DNA of 63,618 bases, the filler included. It is 7 parts of 7 records of this genome, joined end to end, with 100 filler letters (N's around TTAATTAATTAA, not from the genome) between each part and the next. Parts side by side here need not be neighbours in the genome. Positions count along the whole stretch, not along the records: positions 25,855 to 33,186 come from DRR723986_9711; positions 33,287 to 41,422 come from DRR723986_9720; 5 more parts are not named here. The stretch is one strand, 5' to 3'. The notes under the pieces were generated by a model. That model was not told the origin of the DNA, did no database searches, and was given only the letters and a program-made list of their open reading frames with translations. Shown piece after piece: positions 28,776-37,615 of this stretch (position 1 is its first letter; each line of letters begins with the position of its first letter). The translations under genes and the position numbers were made by a program.

Positions 28776-30124
28776 GCGCCGGGGCCTCCTTCGATATTGG
28801 CGATGGCAAGGGTGCCGCCATGGGCGCGGGCGACCTCGTCCGCGATGGTCAGGCCGAGGCCGGACCCGATGACGCCGGTGGCGTTTTCCCCCCGTGCGAA
28901 ACGTCCCGTAAGGGCGTCGGCCCCGGTTGCGGGAAACCCGATGCCCCGGTCGCGGATCGATAGAAGGGCGCTGGTGCCCTCGCGGGTCAGGGTCACCTCA
29001 ATGGGCGTCTCGGGGGGCGCGTATTTGATCGCGTTGTCCAACAGATTGCGCACCGCGTTCTGGATCAGGATCGCGTCGCCCATGACTTGCTGATCCGCGC
29101 GCGCGTCCAATCGCAGGTCCATGTCCTTCAGTTCCGCGACCGGGCGCAGCCGGTCCACCAGATCGGCCACAAGGGGACGCATGTCGACGGGCGACAGCTC
29201 CAGCTGATCGGCGCGCAGCGACACCATGGCGTGGTCCAGTAGCTGCCCCGCCGCGCGGCTGCTTTCGTCGATGGCGCGGATCATCTCGCGCAGGGACGCG
29301 CGATTTTCTTCCTTGCTGACGCGGCGAAGCGTGTTTTCCCCATGGGCGCGGACGGTGGCCAGCGGGGTGCGCACCCTGTGCGCGGCCTCGGCGATGAAAT
29401 CCTCGGTCCGGGTCAGGGCGGCGGAGAGGCGCGCTATCAGGCTGTTGAGTGAGGTAACCAGCGGGCGCATTTCGCTTGGCACCTCGGCCTCCACCGGGCG
29501 CAGATCCTGCGGGCCACGGCGAGAGACAGAGGCAGCGAGACGGGACAGGGACGCGGCGGTGCTGCGGGCGGCCAGAATGGCCAGAAGGGCAGAGGCCGCG
29601 AAGAACCCAAGCCCAAGCAGCACCGTCATCCGCAGGATACGTGCCAGCACGTCGGCCTGCGCGTCGCGGGTCTGGCCAATCGTGACGTCAATCTGGATAG
29701 GCGTGCCCCCGACCGAAACACGGCGCGCAAGCGTGGCGATGCGCAGTTCCTCACCTCGATAGGTAACGGTATCAAAGGCGGGATGGGTGCCCTCGTCTTG
29801 CCGGGCGCTTGGAAGGTCATCATAGCCGGTCAGCCCGGCACCGTCCTGCGTGATGCGATAGAACACCCGGTCATCGACGGAATTGTCCAGCATGGTGAAG
29901 GCGGAATAGGGAATATCGACGCTTATATCGCCCGATTGCACGGTCGTGGCATCAAGGATCGAGGCAGCCGAGGCGGACAGGATCCGGTCTTGCGATTCCG
30001 CGCCGATCTGGCGGGCAAAGCTGTAGACGATAAAGAACAGGACAAGCGCCATGGCCGCCGCGCCGGTCAGCAGTTGCAGGGTCAGCCGGCGGCGGATGGA
30101 GGGGGGGGCGTGAAATGGCCACAT
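28745..30124 (-). CDS. tctE: Sensor histidine kinase, TctE-like
   Basis: Two TMs, VDIPYSAF sensor motif, AAHRVRTPL H-box, NLLDNAIKY, GSGLGL. Confidence 0.82.
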   Translation of the reverse strand: MWPFHAPPSIRRRLTLQLLTGAAAMALVLFFIVYSFARQIGAESQDRILSASAASILDATTVQSGDISVDIPYSAFTMLDNSVDDRVFYRITQDGAGLTGYDDLPSARQDEGTHPAFDTVTYRGEELRIATLARRVSVGGTPIQIDVTIGQTRDAQADVLARILRMTVLLGLGFFAASALLAILAARSTAASLSRLAASVSRRGPQDLRPVEAEVPSEMRPLVTSLNSLIARLSAALTRTEDFIAEAAHRVRTPLATVRAHGENTLRRVSKEENRASLREMIRAIDESSRAAGQLLDHAMVSLRADQLELSPVDMRPLVADLVDRLRPVAELKDMDLRLDARADQQVMGDAILIQNAVRNLLDNAIKYAPPETPIEVTLTREGTSALLSIRDRGIGFPATGADALTGRFARGENATGVIGSGLGLTIADEVARAHGGTLAIANIEGGPGACVRLSIPLR

Positions 30125-30789
30125 CAGGGAACCGCCAGCCGGTAGCCAAGCCCGCGCACGGTGACGATGGAAACGTCACTGCCCTCCAGCTTCTTGCGCA
30201 ACCGGCCCACATAGACCTCGATGGCGTTCTCGGACACATCCTCGTCATAGGAAAACAGCCGGTCAACAAGCTTGGGTTTGGGGATGATCTGGCCCGGTGC
30301 GGCAAAGAAAACCTCCAGCAGGCGAAGTTCTCGGTTGCGCAGAGAGATCACCCGGTCGCCATTCGTCAGGGTGCCCGCAAGCGGGTCGAAGGCGATGGTT
30401 CCGAATCGTTTCACATTGGTCGCTGTGCCGGTCCGGCGGCGCAGAACCGCGCGGCAGCGGGCCTCCAGCTCGGCGAAATCGAAGGGTTTTGGAATGTAAT
30501 CGTCCGCCCCCATATCGAGCGCACCGACCCGATCCGAGACCTCTGACCTTGCGGTCAGGACGATGACCGGCGTGTCCTTTCCCAGTGCCCGCTGCGCGTT
30601 CAGGAATTCGCGGCCATCGCCGTCAGGCAGCATGATATCCAACAAAATCAGGTCGTAATCGGTCGTTGAGGTGAAATCCTCGGCCATGCCCAGATCGCCT
30701 GCGTGATCCACCACATGCCCATCCAGCGACAGCCGGTCCAGAACGGCGGCGGCAAGCTGCTGGTTGTCTTCTACAAGCAGGAACCTCAT
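30124..30789 (-). CDS. tctD: OmpR-family response regulator, TctD-like
   Basis: MRFLLVED, LLDIMLPD, GADDYIPKPF, TVRGLGY; divergent from tctC. Confidence 0.87.
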   Translation of the reverse strand: MRFLLVEDNQQLAAAVLDRLSLDGHVVDHAGDLGMAEDFTSTTDYDLILLDIMLPDGDGREFLNAQRALGKDTPVIVLTARSEVSDRVGALDMGADDYIPKPFDFAELEARCRAVLRRRTGTATNVKRFGTIAFDPLAGTLTNGDRVISLRNRELRLLEVFFAAPGQIIPKPKLVDRLFSYDEDVSENAIEVYVGRLRKKLEGSDVSIVTVRGLGYRLAVP

Positions 30790-30814
30790 CGGCGGGCGGG
30801 CCTTTCTTTCGTCG

Positions 30815-30832
30815 TGACAGGTGAATGTCAGG
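30815..30832. promoter_or_regulatory. Putative TctD binding site
   Basis: TGACAGG-TGAA-TGTCAGG direct repeat with 11-bp period between tctD and tctC. Confidence 0.55.
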
Positions 30833-30892
30833 TTGGGGTGCTTCCCTTCAGTCATGGGCACATGCCCCGCTTTGTCAAACTGGGAGGAGACA

Positions 30893-31879
30893 ATGATGAA
30901 AACGAACCTGACCCGTCGGGCCTTTGCGGCCGCGGCGGTCGCGGCGATGAGCCTCGGTACACCTGCCCTGGCCGACGGCCACCAGCAGATGGACAGCATC
31001 CACTTCCTGATCCCCGGCGGCGCCGGTGGTGGCTGGGACGGCACCGCACGCGGCACCGGCGAGGCCCTGACCGAATCCGGTCTGGTGGGTACCGCAAGTT
31101 TTGAGAACATGTCCGGTGGCGGCGGTGGCGTGGCCATTGCGCACCTGATCGAAAACGCAGAATCGAGCTACGGCACGCTGATGGTGAACTCCACCCCCAT
31201 CGTGATCCGTGCCCTGACCGGTGAAATCGCCCAGAGCTTCCGCGACCTGACCCTGGTTGCCGGCACTGTCGGCGACTACGCCGCGCTTGTCGTCTCCGCC
31301 GACAGCCCGCTGGCGACGATGGACGAAGCCCTGGCAAGCTACCGTGAAGCGCCGCTCGACTTCGCCATTGGCGGCGGGTCCGTTCCGGGCGGCATGGACC
31401 ACCTTGTCGCGGCCATCGTGATGCAGGCAGCGGGCGAAGACCCGACCGCCTTCAACTACATCGGCTATGACGCCGGTGGCGAGGCCATGGCCGGCCTTCT
31501 GTCGGGCGAGATCGACGCACTGTCCACCGGCTTCTCGGAAGCCGTCGCTCTGGCAGAACAGGGCGAAGTCCGCATCCTCGGCGTGACCGCGCCCGAACGT
31601 GTGGCCGCCTATGACGCCGCCCCCACCTTCGCCGAGCAGGGCATCGACGCCCAGTTCGTCAACTGGCGCGGCTTCTTCGCGGCTCCGGGCATGCCCGAAG
31701 AGACCGTGACCGCCTACCAGGACCTGCTGGCCGCGATGATGGACACCCCGGAATGGGAAGCCGTGCGTGCGCGCATGGGTCTGGTCAACATCTTCCGTCC
31801 CGGTGCCGAGTTCGAAGCCTTCCTGGAATCGCAGGAAACCCAGATTGGCGATCTGATGCGGGATCTGGGCTTCCTGTAA
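30893..31879 (+). CDS. tctC: Tripartite tricarboxylate transporter substrate-binding protein
   Basis: PGGAGGGWDGTAR, NWRGFFAAPG; Tat-like TRRAF signal; GGAGGAG RBS. Confidence 0.92.
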   Translation: MMKTNLTRRAFAAAAVAAMSLGTPALADGHQQMDSIHFLIPGGAGGGWDGTARGTGEALTESGLVGTASFENMSGGGGGVAIAHLIENAESSYGTLMVNSTPIVIRALTGEIAQSFRDLTLVAGTVGDYAALVVSADSPLATMDEALASYREAPLDFAIGGGSVPGGMDHLVAAIVMQAAGEDPTAFNYIGYDAGGEAMAGLLSGEIDALSTGFSEAVALAEQGEVRILGVTAPERVAAYDAAPTFAEQGIDAQFVNWRGFFAAPGMPEETVTAYQDLLAAMMDTPEWEAVRARMGLVNIFRPGAEFEAFLESQETQIGDLMRDLGFL

Positions 31880-32028
31880 GCCCGACCTTTGACACGATGC
31901 CTCCGGTCAACACCTGATCGGGGGTATCCCCGGACCGCGCGCCGGGCAGAAACGCAAGGCAGCCGCCCCTTTGCGCGCCGGGTCCGACAAGCCCCCGCCC
32001 GTCAAAATTTATAACGGAGGAATGACAC

Positions 32029-32520
32029 ATGGCGCTCGATCGCTGGATCGCGCTGGCATTCGTGGCGATCTGCTGCGTCTATGGCTATGCCGCCTTCTTC
32101 ACCATGGATCACCTGTTGCCGCCGATCCTTCAGCGCAACCCGATCTGGCCCTCGACCTTTCCCAAGATTCTTGCGGTCGCGGGTATTCTTGTAGGACTGT
32201 TTGTCCTGTTCTCCTCCAAACCGACTGCAAAGGACGGCGAGGACACCAAGGATGGGGTGATCGACCTGACCCGCATCGGCGATTATCACGTCGGCCAGGC
32301 CATCGCCCTGCTGGCCCTGATGGTCGCCTACGCGATGACCCTGCGATCGCTCGGGTTTCTCGGGTCGACGATCGGGTTCCTGGTTCTCGGGGGCGCGATC
32401 CTCGGGGAACGCAAGTTTCACATCATGATCCCGGTCGCGGCCATCGCCGCGGGGTCGATCTGGTATCTGGTGCAGGAGGTGCTTGGCATCTACCTGAGCC
32501 CGCTGCCCAGCTTCCTGTAA
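32029..32520 (+). CDS. tctB: Tripartite tricarboxylate transporter small membrane subunit
   Basis: About four TM segments, PSTFP; lies between tctC and tctA. Confidence 0.88.
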   Translation: MALDRWIALAFVAICCVYGYAAFFTMDHLLPPILQRNPIWPSTFPKILAVAGILVGLFVLFSSKPTAKDGEDTKDGVIDLTRIGDYHVGQAIALLALMVAYAMTLRSLGFLGSTIGFLVLGGAILGERKFHIMIPVAAIAAGSIWYLVQEVLGIYLSPLPSFL

Positions 32521-32532
32521 GGAGACAGCACG

Positions 32533-33186
32533 ATGCTTGAAGGTCTTCTGCTCGGTCTGAGCGCCGCCGTCACCCCGGTGAACCTGATGATGGTGGTATT
32601 CGGCTGCGTCATCGGCACGCTTATCGGCATGCTGCCCGGTCTCGGGCCGATGTCGATCATCGCGATCATGATCCCCGTGGCCATCGGCCTTGGCGACCCA
32701 ACGGCGGCCCTGATCCTGCTGTCAGGTGTCTATTACGGGGCCATCTTCGGGGGCTCGACCTCGTCAATCCTGCTGAACGCGCCGGGGGTCGCGGGCACGG
32801 TGGCGACCAGTTTCGACGGCTATCCCATGGCCCGAAAGGGCATGGCGGGCAAGGCACTGACCATCGCCGCCATCTCCAGTTTCGCTGGCGGCACCATCGG
32901 TGCGGTTCTGCTGATGGTCTTTGCACCCGCCCTGTCCAGCGTCGCCCTGCTGTTCCATTCGGCGGAATATTTCGCATTGATGGTGGTGGGCCTGTCGGCC
33001 ATCGCCGCCTTCGCGGGCACCGGCCAGGTGGGCAAGGCGCTGATGATGACGATCCTCGGGCTGATCATGGGCACCGTGGGCGAAGGCGCCCTGTCCAACA
33101 TGCCGCGCTTCACCTTCGGGGTGATGGAGCTGCAATCCGGCTTTTCCTTCATCACCCTGGCGATGGCGATGTTCGCCCTGCCAGAG
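32533..33186 (+). CDS. tctA: Tripartite tricarboxylate transporter permease (3' truncated)
   Basis: GMLPGLG, YYGAIFGGS, DGYPMA, PRFTFG. Confidence 0.93.
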
Positions 33187-33286
33187 NNNNNNNNNNNNNN
33201 NNNNNNNNNNNNNNNNNNNNNNNNNNNNNNTTAATTAATTAANNNNNNNNNNNNNNNNNNNNNNNNNNNNNNNNNNNNNNNNNNNN
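33187..33286. other. Artificial linker
   Basis: N44-TTAATTAATTAA-N44. Confidence 0.97.
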
Positions 33287-33883
33287 GCGCACCTCTTGCG
33301 GGCTGACATCATTGGGGATGAAGACGGTGGCATGTTCGCGGGTGGTCAGCGTGGTCCAGTCCAACGTGCGCGAATTGTTGCGCGCGGCGCGGAATTCATC
33401 CCATGACGACACGCGCGGCACCACGAAACAGGCGGCCTGCGGAACGGCACGCTGCATCCGGGCGCGCGGCAGGGTCTCGATAGTGATCGAGGCGCGAGTG
33501 CTGCCGTGGGGCACACGCGAAATGTCGATTCGCGCTTCGGTCCGAAGCCGGTCGATCAGCCGGTCGAGATCGCGCGACAGGGTTGGCGGCGCACCGGGGG
33601 TCACGGTGATGGTGACAGGGCCTTCGAAACGGGACAAGACCGGGATCAGCCGTCCGCTTTCCATCTGGAAGCTGAGATCGAGGAAGTCGCGGGCAATCGC
33701 GGCGTTCGATCTGGACGGGCGTGCCGGATTTGGCGTGCCGAACATCGACATGGGCGGCAGCGCATTGGGCACCGTCATATCCAGACGGCCCGGCACATCC
33801 GACATGCTGTCAGGTTCGCAGGCCATCAGGAACATGGCAGAAGACAGCAGTAGGGCGGTTTTCTTGAACATTTTCTTATCCAA
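33287..33883 (-). CDS. DUF2927-like lipoprotein (3' truncated)
   Basis: Lipobox LMAC, ARDFLDLSFQMESGR, AACFVVP, SPQEVR. Confidence 0.7.
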
Positions 33884-34331
33884 TTTCGCGCCGGTAGACC
33901 ATGAAATCGGTGGCCTTGGCGATCTTGTCGTACAGCGTTCTGGCGGAGGTATTGCCAGTTTGGGTCAACCAGTAAACGGCAGGGCGACCGGCGGCATCGG
34001 CATCGGCATAAACCGTCTCGATCAGCGCCCGTGCCACGCCCTTTCCACGCGCGGCGGGCGTGGTGAACAGGTCTTGCAGATAGGTCACAGGTTCAGGTCG
34101 CCAACCATGGGCATGGGCGATGGAATGGACAAGCCCGACCGCCCTGTCGCCACTCCACGCGATCCAGCCGCGCATATCGGTGATAGCGGGATCGGCGTAG
34201 CGCGCAAAAGTCGCGTCATATGTGCTGTCGGGAAGCTCGGTCTTGTAGAATGCCAGATAGTCCCGCCACAACGGGGCCCAAGCGGCACGATCCCTTGAGT
34301 GGATCATGCGGATGTCCTGGTCATTGCTCAC
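33876..34331 (-). CDS. GNAT acetyltransferase
   Basis: YLQDLFT, ARGKGVARALI, VYWLT, ARTLYD. Confidence 0.9.
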   Translation of the reverse strand: MSNDQDIRMIHSRDRAAWAPLWRDYLAFYKTELPDSTYDATFARYADPAITDMRGWIAWSGDRAVGLVHSIAHAHGWRPEPVTYLQDLFTTPAARGKGVARALIETVYADADAAGRPAVYWLTQTGNTSARTLYDKIAKATDFMVYRREIG

Positions 34332-34449
34332 CCTCGACGCCTCTTTTTCTGTTGTTCGTTGGAACCAGAGCTAGGCGTGGATTGTGTCACAAATCGGGAG
34401 CGGTGCAAGCGAAGTCGGGGAAAGCTGCGGGCAATCCCCGGTCACGCGA

Positions 34450-35292
34450 TCAGCGCCGCTGTTGTCGCGCCATGAAGGCCAGCCGTTCAAACAGCGCCAC
34501 ATCCTGTTCGTTCTTCAACAGCGCCCCGTGCAGTTTCGGCAGCGCATTGGCCCCGTCGCGTTTCAGATCCTCGGGGTCCAGATCCTCGGCCAGCAACAGC
34601 TTCAGCCAGTCCAGCACCTCCGAGGTCGAAGGTTTTTTCTTCAGCCCCTGCTGATCGCGGATATCATAGAACTGGGTCAGCGCCTCGGTCAGCAGGCGCT
34701 GCTTGATGCCGGGGTGATGCACTTCGACGATCTGGCGCAGCGTGTCGAGATCGGGAAAGCGGATATAGTGAAAGAAACAGCGGCGCAGGAAGGCGTCGGG
34801 CAGTTCCTTTTCGTTGTTCGAAGTAATGATGACGATCGGGCGGGTCTTGGCGCGGATCGTCTCGCCGGTCTCGTAGACGAAGAATTCCATCCGGTCGAGT
34901 TCCTGCAAAAGATCGTTTGGGAACTCGATATCGGCCTTGTCGATCTCGTCGATCAGCAGAACGCATTTGCCTTCGGTCTCAAAGGCTTGCCACAATTTTC
35001 CCTTGCGTATGTAGTTCGCGACATCGTGAACACGCGCGTCCCCTAGTTGGGAATCGCGCAACCGGCTGACCGCGTCGTATTCGTAAAGTCCCTGTTGCGC
35101 GCGGGTCGTGGATTTTACGTGCCACTCGATGATCGGCAACCCAAGCGCGCCTGCAACCTGCCGTGCCAGTTCGGTTTTTCCGGTGCCCGGCTCGCCCTTT
35201 ACCAGCAGGGGACGCTCCAGCGTCACGGCCGCGTTGACGGCTACGGTCAGGTCTTCGGTTGCCACATAGGTGGCCGTTCCGTCGAATTTCAT
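34450..35292 (-). CDS. MoxR-like AAA+ ATPase
   Basis: GEPGTGKT, LLIDEIDKAD, ELPDAFLRRC. Confidence 0.92.
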   Translation of the reverse strand: MKFDGTATYVATEDLTVAVNAAVTLERPLLVKGEPGTGKTELARQVAGALGLPIIEWHVKSTTRAQQGLYEYDAVSRLRDSQLGDARVHDVANYIRKGKLWQAFETEGKCVLLIDEIDKADIEFPNDLLQELDRMEFFVYETGETIRAKTRPIVIITSNNEKELPDAFLRRCFFHYIRFPDLDTLRQIVEVHHPGIKQRLLTEALTQFYDIRDQQGLKKKPSTSEVLDWLKLLLAEDLDPEDLKRDGANALPKLHGALLKNEQDVALFERLAFMARQQRR

Positions 35293-35475
35293 TGAAACGC
35301 CTCAATAGCTTGCCCGGATGCGGGCGCGACCATAGCACGCCTTCCCCCGGCCACAAGCGGGCATTACATGGGGTGACAAGGGAAGCGCGTTCTTGTAATC
35401 GGGCGGCAATGCGACCGGGAGGTTTGCCTCATGTGAGTCGGACAGACCCGCCCCGGTCCCGCTAAGGGGAGCACC

Positions 35476-35898
35476 ATGAAAGCCGAAGTCTTTCTGCCTG
35501 AAGATTATCGTCCCGCCGAGGACGAACCCTTCATGAACGAGCGCCAGCTCGAATACTTCCGCCGCAAATTGCTGAACTGGAAGAACGAACTCTTGGACGA
35601 AAGCCGTGGCACCGTCGCCGTGTTGCAGGATGACACCCGCAACATTCCCGACGTGGCAGACCGGGCGTCCGAGGAAACCGACCGCGCGCTGGAACTGCGG
35701 ACGCGCGATCGGCAGCGCAAGCTGATCGCCAAGATCGACTCGGCGCTTCGCCGCATCGAAGAGGGCGAATACGGCTATTGCGAAGAGACCGGGGAACCTA
35801 TCTCTCTCAAGCGTCTGGACGCCCGTCCGATCGCGACCCTGAGCCTGGAGGCACAGGAACGCCACGAGCGGCGCGAAAAGGTCCATCGCGACGACTGA
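35476..35898 (+). CDS. dksA: RNA polymerase-binding protein DksA (alphaproteobacterial one-Cys type)
   Basis: DVADRA (DxxDxA), LELRTRDR, YGYCEETGEPI. Confidence 0.95.
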   Translation: MKAEVFLPEDYRPAEDEPFMNERQLEYFRRKLLNWKNELLDESRGTVAVLQDDTRNIPDVADRASEETDRALELRTRDRQRKLIAKIDSALRRIEEGEYGYCEETGEPISLKRLDARPIATLSLEAQERHERREKVHRDD

Positions 35899-35965
35899 CG
35901 TCTGACGCACCTTCCTGGTGCGTTGGTCATGGCTTGCCTCCTCACGCATTCCGGGGGGGTGTCAG

Positions 35966-35996
35966 CACCGGGGCCGCAACGCCCCGGTGTTTGTAT
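35966..35996 (+). terminator. dksA terminator
   Basis: CACCGGGGC-N6-GCCCCGGTG followed by TTTGTAT. Confidence 0.65.
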
Positions 35997-36014
35997 TGAA
36001 AAGGCGGATGGGTC

Positions 36015-37187
36015 ATGCTGATCGGGCAGGAGATCACGGTTCTGGGTGCGGGCATTGGCGGGCTTGCGGCTGCCACGGCGTTGGCGCAACGCGGGGCGCT
36101 TGTGCGGGTGCTGGAACAGTCCGATGCCATACGCGAAGTCGGCGCAGGCTTGCAGGTCAGCCCCAATGGGGCGGTGGTCCTGAAGGCGCTCGGCCTTGGC
36201 GATGCGCTGAGTGCTGCCGCCCCGCGCGCCCGTGCCGTGGTGTTGCGAGATTTCCGGCGCGGCGATCAGGTTTTCCGCATGGATCTGGATCGCGATGACC
36301 GCCCTTACCACCTGACCCATCGGGCCGATCTGATCGAGATGCTGCGCCACGCGGCCGTGGCGGCGGGCGTGAGTGTGGAACTGGGCCGCAAGGTCGAACG
36401 GGTCACCACCGATGAACAGGCAACGACCCTGACCTTCGCGGGTGGCGCGCAGGAAACCCTGCCGCTGGTGATCGGGGCCGACGGGTTGCATTCGCAGGCC
36501 CGCGCGGCGCTCAACCCCGCCACGCGGCCCTTTTTTACCGGCCAGGTCGCCTGGCGCTGCACGATCCCGCTTGATGCACCCGACACGCCGCCCGAGGCCA
36601 CCGTGCATATGGGCCCTGGCCGCCATATTGTGACCTATCCCTTGCGGGGGGGAGAGCTTATGAACGTGGTCGCCGTCGAGGAACGCGACGGATGGGCCGC
36701 AGAAGGCTGGACCCACAAGGACCGCCCCGAGATCCTGCGCGCCGCCTTCGCGGATTTCGCGCCCGAGATCCGCGACCTGCTGTTTCGTGCCGATCAGGTC
36801 TTTCTCTGGGGGCTCTTTCGTCATCCAGTGGCCAAGATCTGGGGGCAGGGCCGCCTGGCGCTGCTTGGCGACGCCGCCCACCCGACGCTGCCATTTCTTG
36901 CGCAGGGGGCCAATATGGCGCTCGAAGACGCCTGGGTGTTGGCGGATGCGCTGGATCAGGAAGACGATATCGCCACGGCCTTCACCCGCTATCAAACCCT
37001 GCGACGCAGCAGAACCGCGCATATTGTCGATGCCGCCTCCAAGAATGCCGAGAATTACCATCTGCGCCCCGGCCCCTACCGGGCAGCAGCGCATATGGCC
37101 CTGAAACTCGGTGGCCGCTTCGCCCCGCAATTGGCTGCAAACCGCTTCGAATGGCTTTACGGTCACGACGTAACCCGCGCCCGCTGA
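36015..37187 (+). CDS. FAD-dependent monooxygenase (salicylate hydroxylase-like)
   Basis: GAGIGG, GADGLHS, LLGDAAHP...QGANMALEDA. Confidence 0.9.
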   Translation: MLIGQEITVLGAGIGGLAAATALAQRGALVRVLEQSDAIREVGAGLQVSPNGAVVLKALGLGDALSAAAPRARAVVLRDFRRGDQVFRMDLDRDDRPYHLTHRADLIEMLRHAAVAAGVSVELGRKVERVTTDEQATTLTFAGGAQETLPLVIGADGLHSQARAALNPATRPFFTGQVAWRCTIPLDAPDTPPEATVHMGPGRHIVTYPLRGGELMNVVAVEERDGWAAEGWTHKDRPEILRAAFADFAPEIRDLLFRADQVFLWGLFRHPVAKIWGQGRLALLGDAAHPTLPFLAQGANMALEDAWVLADALDQEDDIATAFTRYQTLRRSRTAHIVDAASKNAENYHLRPGPYRAAAHMALKLGGRFAPQLAANRFEWLYGHDVTRAR

Positions 37188-37189
37188 CC

Positions 37190-37214
37190 CTTCTTCTTGG
37201 TCGAAATACTCCCG
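37190..37214. repeat. Intergenic dispersed-repeat motif, second copy at 63595
   Basis: CTTCTTCT-N5-GAAATA(C)TCCCG. Confidence 0.45.
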
Positions 37215-37369
37215 CCGGAGGCGTCCTGAAATGCGCGCGCGCGATACCGGCGAGGTGACGAGACTCCCTCAACACATGGCCATGGCAATGCGGTCCGACG
37301 AGGGCCCCAAAGGGGCTTGAGGAGGGCCGCTCTCCGGTCGACGCCAAAGGCGGCGAAACTGGCTGTCGG

Positions 37370-37615
37370 TCAGCCCCCCGCCAGTTTCTGCAAAAGGAAA
37401 ATCTCGCTGTCGGGCTTCACTGGATGATTGCGGCTATTGGGCACGATCTGCCCGTCGACAGCCACCGACACCCCGCGTTTCAGCGCCGGCTCCAGCCCCG
37501 GATAGGCCGCAACCAGCCCATCCAGAACCTGACCAACGGTGGCGCCCTCAATCTCCACCATCTCTTTCCCGTCGGCCAAGGCACGCAGCCCTGACCAAAG
37601 GTGCAGCTCTGCCAT
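37370..37615 (-). CDS. MoaD/ThiS family sulfur carrier
   Basis: About 81 aa, VAVDG, C-terminal GG. Confidence 0.85.
   Translation of the reverse strand: MAELHLWSGLRALADGKEMVEIEGATVGQVLDGLVAAYPGLEPALKRGVSVAVDGQIVPNSRNHPVKPDSEIFLLQKLAGG

Noticed and set aside
35476-35898. DksA lacking the four-Cys zinc finger as a pseudogene or novelty
   Set aside because: One-Cys DksA is normal in Alphaproteobacteria.
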